64,000 bases of DNA from Candidatus Devosia phytovorans. GTDB taxonomy: Bacteria > Pseudomonadota > Alphaproteobacteria > Rhizobiales > Devosiaceae. The notes below the pieces were generated by a model. That model had not been told where the DNA came from and did not search any database. It saw nothing but the letters and a program-made list of their open reading frames with translations. Where the stretch lies: contig CP119312.1 in assembly GCA_029202405.1 (NCBI GenBank), positions 4,070,569 to 4,134,568 of the forward strand, written 5' to 3'. Within the stretch, counting starts at the first letter, position 1, and the number at the start of each line of letters is the position of its first letter. The position numbers were made by a program, and so were the translations under genes. This document shows positions 58,545 to 64,000 of the stretch, one piece after another.

Positions 58545-59681
58545 ATGCTGGTTCAAGACACGATTATTGCCCTCATCCACGGTGTTGGCCTGCTCGCCCT
58601 CATGGCGATTGCCTTCGGCCAAGTCGAGCGACAACAGCATTGGGCGCGCGGCTTCCGCTCCTTCATCCATGGCCTGATCTTCGGATCAGGCGCGATTGTC
58701 GCCATGCTGGCACCGGCGCGGATCGGCGACGGCATCATCGTCGATTCCCGGGCCCTGATCGTCGCCTTTGCGGCGGCCTTCGGCGGTTGGCCGGCTGCGC
58801 TGGTCGCCGTGGCGATCAGTGCCAGCTTCCGGCTCTGGCTTGGCGGCATTGGCGCCACGCCGGGCGCAGTTGGAATCGCGGCTGCAGCTGCGTTGGGCCT
58901 AGGCTGGCGCCACTACCTGCGCCCCAAGACCCGCATCAAGCCGCGTCATCTGGTCGTTCTCGGGCTCGTCGTGTCCTGTTACCTGCTGCCAAGCATGGCC
59001 ATGGGCTATTCGACGATCAGCACGGTGATCGGCATTATCGGGCCCTATATGGTTGCGGCATCAGTTTTCGCTTCGGTGCTGCTGGGCCTGTTTGTCGACC
59101 GCGAACTCAACCAGATCGAGCGCGAGCAGCAGTGGAAGATGCGCGCTTTGACCGATCCGCTGACAGCCCTGCCCAATCGCCGCGCCTTCGAACGCGGCAT
59201 TGACAATCTGCGCCTGGACAAGGATCAGGCGGCGCTGCTGATCATCGATCTCGATCATTTCAAGCTGGTCAACGACACGCATGGCCATGCGGCGGGCGAC
59301 TATGTGCTCCAGCAGGTGTCGTTGATCCTGCGCGCCAATATGCGCAATGGCGACCTGCTGTCGCGCCTGGGCGGCGAGGAACTGGCGGTTCTGTTGCCCG
59401 ATACGGGCACAGTCGATGCCAAACTGATTGCCGAACGCCTGCGCCAGGCCATTGAAGCGCTCAATATTCACTGGGAAAACCAGACCATTTCAATCACCGC
59501 GAGCTTCGGCGTCGTGGTTGGTCTGGGCACATTGGCCAGCGCCGAGATGTTCGCCCGGGCGGATGCGGCGCTTTATGCAGCCAAGAATACCGGACGAAAT
59601 CGCGTGGTGTTTTCCGGCGAGATGCTGGCGCCCGGCGATGGCACGGCTGTCATGCCCTTGGCGCCTGGCCGCGCCGCCTAG
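58545..59681 (+). CDS. diguanylate cyclase with 5TM-5TMR_LYT-like sensor
   Basis: GLIFG...VDSR...FGG membrane region; DPLT, DLDHFK.VND.HGH..GD, RNGD I-site, GGEEL. Confidence 0.92.
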   Translation: MLVQDTIIALIHGVGLLALMAIAFGQVERQQHWARGFRSFIHGLIFGSGAIVAMLAPARIGDGIIVDSRALIVAFAAAFGGWPAALVAVAISASFRLWLGGIGATPGAVGIAAAAALGLGWRHYLRPKTRIKPRHLVVLGLVVSCYLLPSMAMGYSTISTVIGIIGPYMVAASVFASVLLGLFVDRELNQIEREQQWKMRALTDPLTALPNRRAFERGIDNLRLDKDQAALLIIDLDHFKLVNDTHGHAAGDYVLQQVSLILRANMRNGDLLSRLGGEELAVLLPDTGTVDAKLIAERLRQAIEALNIHWENQTISITASFGVVVGLGTLASAEMFARADAALYAAKNTGRNRVVFSGEMLAPGDGTAVMPLAPGRAA

Positions 59682-60274
59682 TCGCCCTTGGCCACGTCGC
59701 CGTAATTGCCCGGCACCCAAAGCACATCCTTGGCACCATTGGCATTGGCTATGCGGGCCAGGACGAAAAGCAAGTCCGACAGGCGGTTGAGATAGCGGAT
59801 GGCTTCCGGGTTGGTGTCGGGTTCGACCGATGCCAGTTCTACAGTGATACGCTCGGCGCGTCTTGTCACCGTGCGGGCGATATGGAGCGCGCTCGACAAT
59901 GGTGTTCCCGCGGGAAGGACAAAGCTGGTCAGTGGTTCGACATCGCTGTTGAAATGGTCGATCTGCTTTTCGATGAATCCGGTCTGGACCGGGCGAAGGC
60001 GGAGGCTCGGATAGGATTGGCCCGGATCGTCGGCGCCAGGCGTCGCCAGGTCGGAACCAACATCGAAGAGATCGTTTTGCACGCGGCTCAAAATCTTGTC
60101 GATCTTGGGCATGAAAGTGGTGTGGAGGCGCGCTTGGCCGATAAAGGCATTGGCCTCGTCCACCGTACCATAGGCATCCACCCGCAGATCGAATTTGGGA
60201 CGGCGCGGCCCGCGAACCAGGCCCGTCGTGCCGTCGTCGCCCGTACGGGTATAAATCTTGTTGATCTTGACCAT
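59678..60274 (-). CDS. cob(I)yrinic acid a,c-diamide adenosyltransferase (PduO type)
   Basis: KIYTRTGDDG.T, AYGTVDE, RTVTRRAER, YLNRLSD. Confidence 0.93.
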   Translation of the reverse strand: MVKINKIYTRTGDDGTTGLVRGPRRPKFDLRVDAYGTVDEANAFIGQARLHTTFMPKIDKILSRVQNDLFDVGSDLATPGADDPGQSYPSLRLRPVQTGFIEKQIDHFNSDVEPLTSFVLPAGTPLSSALHIARTVTRRAERITVELASVEPDTNPEAIRYLNRLSDLLFVLARIANANGAKDVLWVPGNYGDVAKGD

Positions 60275-60280
60275 GTTTGG

Positions 60281-60481
60281 CTATCCGCGTCCGCCGCCGA
60301 AGAAGAACAGCGCACCCATCAGCAGGAAAAGCGCAATGGCCTGGCCGATGACCCGCAGGCGCATCAGGCGCTGGCTGGTATTGCCCGGTCCGGCCTTGAG
60401 CATGTTCCAAAGCCCCATTCCCAGGATGACCACAACGAAAAGCAGCGTGAGGGCGATGGCGATGTTGAGAAGCGTCTGCAT
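60281..60481 (-). CDS. twin-TM small protein (HIG1 domain)
   Basis: SQRLMRLRVIGQ motif between two TMs. Confidence 0.88.
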   Translation of the reverse strand: MQTLLNIAIALTLLFVVVILGMGLWNMLKAGPGNTSQRLMRLRVIGQAIALFLLMGALFFFGGGRG

Positions 60482-60487
60482 GAAGTC

Positions 60488-61393
60488 CTACCGGGGAGTG
60501 TGCTTGCCATTGATATAGGTGATGAGACCCTCGGCCAGCGCGTCATAAATGGCACGAATCCGGTGCGACGTGAACAATTCCCTGTGCGTTGTCAGCCAGA
60601 GAGGCAGTGGCGGAATCTTGAGCTCGATGGGGATGAGCACCATTCCAGGTGTCTGGAGCACGAGGTTGGCCTGGGCGAAGCCGATGCCGAGCCCCGCCTT
60701 GGTCAGCTCCCAGAGATGGGGCTGGTCGTCGGAGCGCAGTACGAAATTGTCGCGGGTCAGCTCGACGCCCAGCGTGCGGGCATGCAGTTGGATGGCGTCG
60801 GAGCGGTCGAAGCCGATCAAGTCGTGCCGCCAGAGCTCGTCCATGGTGTGCGGGCGTCCGCGCCGCGCCAGGTAGCTCTCGTGAGCGGCTGGATAGAGCG
60901 GAATGTCGCCCAAGTGCCGGGTGACCAGTTCGAGCTGGGTCGGGCGGAACATGCGCAGGGCAATATCTGCTTCGCGCATCAGAAGATTTTCCGCCGAATC
61001 GGAGGGGATGATTTCGAGCGCAATTCGCGGATGCAGCTGGCGGATGCCCAGCAGGATACTTGGAAGCACATAGTTTGAGATCATGGCGCTGGCCGTAATG
61101 CGAACCGTGCCGCCGCTATCGTCCTGAGCGCCATCGGCGAGGATCGCTGCTTCAGCAAGTGCGGCCTGGGCTTGTCCGACTGGCTCATAGAGGCGGATGG
61201 CAATGGCCGTGGGCCGCAGTCCGGTCATGGTGCGTTCAAACAGCGAGAGGCCAAGGTCGGCTTCCAGCGTTTCGACATGGCGGCCGACTGTCGGTTGGCT
61301 GATGCCGAGGCTGCGCGCGGCGGCCGAAAGCGAGCCATGCTTGACCACGGCAGCGAAGCTGCGCCACAGCGCCCAATCTGGCTCCCTATTCAT
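60488..61393 (-). CDS. LysR-family regulator
   Basis: GSLSAAAR.LG.SQPTVGR...LE..LG..LFER HTH; substrate-binding domain. Confidence 0.93.
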   Translation of the reverse strand: MNREPDWALWRSFAAVVKHGSLSAAARSLGISQPTVGRHVETLEADLGLSLFERTMTGLRPTAIAIRLYEPVGQAQAALAEAAILADGAQDDSGGTVRITASAMISNYVLPSILLGIRQLHPRIALEIIPSDSAENLLMREADIALRMFRPTQLELVTRHLGDIPLYPAAHESYLARRGRPHTMDELWRHDLIGFDRSDAIQLHARTLGVELTRDNFVLRSDDQPHLWELTKAGLGIGFAQANLVLQTPGMVLIPIELKIPPLPLWLTTHRELFTSHRIRAIYDALAEGLITYINGKHTPR

Positions 61394-61480
61394 GATTGAA
61401 TGTCACACCATCGAAATCTGCCAATTCAGATACGGTAGTGCATTGGGCATGATGCTGTCACCAACAGATGAGGAGCCATC

Positions 61481-62428
61481 ATGTCCAAGGGAAATGTCAC
61501 TATTCTGGGAAGCAACGGCCATATCGGCAATGCCGCGATGCAGGCCTTTGCCGACGCCGGCTGGAGTGTCACTGGCCTGGCGCGCGCCAATCGCAAGCCG
61601 GTCGCCGGTACACGGGTAATCATTGGCGATGCCAATGATCTGGAGACGGTTAGGGCGGCGACGGAGCAGGCCGATGTGGTCGTCCATGCCCTGCACCTGC
61701 CTTATGACAAGTGGGGCAATGGCGCGTCGGAGGCGCAGTTGCAGGTGGTGCTGGATGCCATCAAGGGTCAGGGTAAGACGCTGTTGTTTCCCGGGACGAT
61801 CTACAACTATCGCGCTACAGACCGTACGGTCGCGCCGGGGCTGCGCCAGTCCGGCGAACAGCCACGCGGCGAAATCCGCATCCGGCTCGAACAGATGCTG
61901 CGCAAGGGTGCCGAGGCTGGCGATTTCCAGGCAATCATCCTGCGGGCCGGCGATTTCTACGGTCCTGGCAATCGAGGCGAATGGTTCGAATCGGCCATGC
62001 TGATGGATCACGCAAAGGGCAAGCTCCATCATCTGGGAGCGCTCGAAACCCGCCATAGCTGGGCGTATCTACCTGATCTCGGTCGCGGCTTCGTCAGGCT
62101 GGCCGAGGCGCGCGCCACGCTGGACAATTTCGAGAATTTCCACTTTGCCGGCCATTGGGTGTCGCATGGCCAGATGATGCAGGCGATCCAGGCTGCAGCC
62201 GGCAAGCCGCTCAAGGTCTCGTCGCAGGCCTGGTGGGCAATCAAGGCGATCGGCCATTTCAACCCGATGATGCGTGACATCTATCGCATGCGCTATCTGT
62301 GGCAGAACGAGATGGAACTGGTCGATCCGCGCTTCGATGTGCTGGTCGGCCCCGGGTTCATTACACCTTTCGACGAGGCGGTAGCCGCCACCGTCGAAGA
62401 ACTGCTCGAAAGCCGCAAGGCTGCCTAG
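61481..62428 (+). CDS. NAD-dependent epimerase/dehydratase (atypical SDR)
   Basis: ILGSNGHIG, LRAGDFYG, HSWAYLPD; divergent from LysR. Confidence 0.87.
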   Translation: MSKGNVTILGSNGHIGNAAMQAFADAGWSVTGLARANRKPVAGTRVIIGDANDLETVRAATEQADVVVHALHLPYDKWGNGASEAQLQVVLDAIKGQGKTLLFPGTIYNYRATDRTVAPGLRQSGEQPRGEIRIRLEQMLRKGAEAGDFQAIILRAGDFYGPGNRGEWFESAMLMDHAKGKLHHLGALETRHSWAYLPDLGRGFVRLAEARATLDNFENFHFAGHWVSHGQMMQAIQAAAGKPLKVSSQAWWAIKAIGHFNPMMRDIYRMRYLWQNEMELVDPRFDVLVGPGFITPFDEAVAATVEELLESRKAA

Positions 62429-63282
62429 AGACCGACGGCGCGCCGGACATCCTCCGGCGTCCAGCCCCTGTTGCGCAGGTCGGCAAGGCTTTTCGAGTTG
62501 CGTGACTTGGCGAGCTTCTTGCCGGAATCGTCGAGGATTAGACGGTGGAAATTGTAGATGGGCGAGGGCAGACCGAGCAGCATCTGCAGCAGGACATGGA
62601 TATCGGTCGCGGCCTCCATGTCGCGGCCGCGGGTCACATGGGTGATGCCTTGGGCGGCATCATCCGCCACGACGCTGAGGTGGTAACTGGTCGGCATGCC
62701 CTTGCGCTGCAGCACGACATCTCCCCAGCGCTCCGGCTTTGCGTGCCGGATCTGCGGACGGTCGGTCACCAGCGGCCCGACTACGGAATAGGTCAGCATG
62801 CCGACCTTGCCCATGGCCTTGTCGACATCGAGCCGGAACTGCACGGGGTCGCCGCGTTCGAGCCGTTCGATTTGCTCTCCCCGATCCATATGCCGGCAGG
62901 TGCCGGGATAGAGCGGCGCGCCGTCGGGGTCGGTGCCCGTGGCATGGACCGCCAGCTCGCTGCGCGAACAAAAGCACGGGTAGAGCAGGCCGAGGTCGCG
63001 CAGGTGATTGCCGGCCGCGGCATAGACGTCCATTCGCTCGGATTGAACCATGACCGGTTCCGGACAGTCGAGGCCCAGCCAGTGCAGATCGCTAGAGATT
63101 GCCGCGACAAATTCGGGTTTACTGCGCTCGGTGTCGATGTCTTCGATGCGCAGCAGCGCCGTGCCGCTGAGCAAGTGCGCGGCATTCCAGGTATAGAGTG
63201 CCGACCAGGCATGGCCGAGATGCAGCAGCCCGTTGGGGCTGGGCGCAAAGCGTAGGAGCGGTTTTGACGTTTTCTCTGACAC
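62425..63282 (-). CDS. gluQ: glutamyl-Q tRNA(Asp) synthetase
   Basis: RFAPSPNG.LHLGH, RIEDID, YPCFCSR, YHLSVV.DD, KLAKS; no anticodon-binding domain. Confidence 0.92.
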   Translation of the reverse strand: MSEKTSKPLLRFAPSPNGLLHLGHAWSALYTWNAAHLLSGTALLRIEDIDTERSKPEFVAAISSDLHWLGLDCPEPVMVQSERMDVYAAAGNHLRDLGLLYPCFCSRSELAVHATGTDPDGAPLYPGTCRHMDRGEQIERLERGDPVQFRLDVDKAMGKVGMLTYSVVGPLVTDRPQIRHAKPERWGDVVLQRKGMPTSYHLSVVADDAAQGITHVTRGRDMEAATDIHVLLQMLLGLPSPIYNFHRLILDDSGKKLAKSRNSKSLADLRNRGWTPEDVRRAVGL

Positions 63283-63295
63283 GCGGTTCTTCTAC

Positions 63296-63955
63296 ATGAG
63301 CCCGATCCTGCCGTCACCGCGTCTCGATACGGCAGCGCTGGTTGCCGAGCATATCGAGATCCTTGCGACCATCGACCCGCGTATCGCCGCAGTGCGCAAT
63401 TTTGCCGGGCCCGTTCAGCCGCGCATCAATCCGCCCGGTTTTGTCGGCATCGCCAAGGTCATCACCGGCCAGCAATTGTCGGTGGCGAGCGCCGCGGCCA
63501 TCTGGGGCCGGTTCGAGCAATTGCCCGGTGCCCTCGACCCCATTGCCTATCTGTCGCTGAGCGAAGAGGCCGTTCGTGCGACGGGTTTTTCCCGCGGCAA
63601 GTTCGAGACGGTCCGCGTCATTGCCGAGGCCATGGTCGCCGGCCAACTCGACTTCAGCCATCTCGAAACCCTGCCAGCCGACGAGGCCGTGCACTATCTC
63701 GTCGCCCATAAGGGCATCGGTCCCTGGACGGCCGAGGTTTATCTGATGTTCTGCGCCCAGCACCCGGACGTGTTTCCTTCGGGCGATCTGGCCCTGCTCA
63801 AGGCGGTACAGCATGGCCTCGGACTTGACGCGCGACCAACCATCAAGGAGATGATCCACATTGCCAAAGGCTGGGCGCCGCATCGTTCGGCCGCGGCCCT
63901 GTTGTTCTGGCGCTATTTCGCCGTGATGCGCGACCGAGAAGGAATATTGCTGTGA
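63296..63955 (+). CDS. alkA: DNA-3-methyladenine glycosylase II family
   Basis: ITGQQLSVASA, KGIGPWTAE, DVFPSGDLAL, WAPHRS.AA. Confidence 0.88.
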   Translation: MSPILPSPRLDTAALVAEHIEILATIDPRIAAVRNFAGPVQPRINPPGFVGIAKVITGQQLSVASAAAIWGRFEQLPGALDPIAYLSLSEEAVRATGFSRGKFETVRVIAEAMVAGQLDFSHLETLPADEAVHYLVAHKGIGPWTAEVYLMFCAQHPDVFPSGDLALLKAVQHGLGLDARPTIKEMIHIAKGWAPHRSAAALLFWRYFAVMRDREGILL

Positions 63956-64000
63956 CCAAGCTTTCCGGCCCCATGCTGCCACCCGCCTCCGGAAAGGCGC
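63952..64000 (+). CDS. start of a gene running off the window; probable phospholipase/carboxylesterase
   Basis: GTGA overlap with alkA; MTKLSGPMLPPASGKA resembles N-termini of rhizobial alpha/beta hydrolases; 16 codons only. Confidence 0.4.
   Translation, partial: MTKLSGPMLPPASGKA

Noticed and set aside
1-64000. tRNA, rRNA, integrase, transposase, prophage or defence genes
   Set aside because: No T-loop/anticodon structures or family motifs were seen; the region reads as core chromosome

Overview
GC-rich alphaproteobacterial chromosomal segment (Hyphomicrobiales; Devosia-like is my inference from gene content and order). No rRNA, tRNA, CRISPR array, integrase or transposase was seen. 1-17 kb: a chemotaxis block with cheD, an atypical MCP-cheR-cheB unit, cheY and five tandem MCP genes with different sensor domains; cheA and cheW are absent from the window. 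17-29 kb: mgsA, a split Liv-type ABC transporter and a ProVWX-type betaine transporter with an extra binding protein. 29-64 kb: mostly core genes (GGDEF-EAL, pyc, ispG, ispA, mtgA, tyrA, hisC, gloB, fumC, rpmF, ftsEX, cpdR-like, lysA, argH, tlpA, a diguanylate cyclase, PduO-type transferase, gluQ, alkA). The main signals are non-coding or very small: (i) repeated CtrA-like boxes (TTAA-N7-TTAA) before MCP, c-di-GMP and small unknown genes; (ii) long hairpin-rich MCP leaders, two of which share CCATTAAC-N24-GGACGCAG; (iii) an exact alphaproteobacterial LexA box before a small, possibly GIY-YIG-like unknown gene with a C-terminal AA; (iv) two copies of a short intergenic repeat whose ends supply stop codons of convergent genes; (v) mosaic MCP paralogues; (vi) small ORFs such as a 45-aa membrane peptide coupled to ispG and a YjfB-like pair behind a perfect CtrA palindrome. 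Many start codons were moved from the ORF track using RBS position and family N-termini. All family calls are by motif recognition, not database search.
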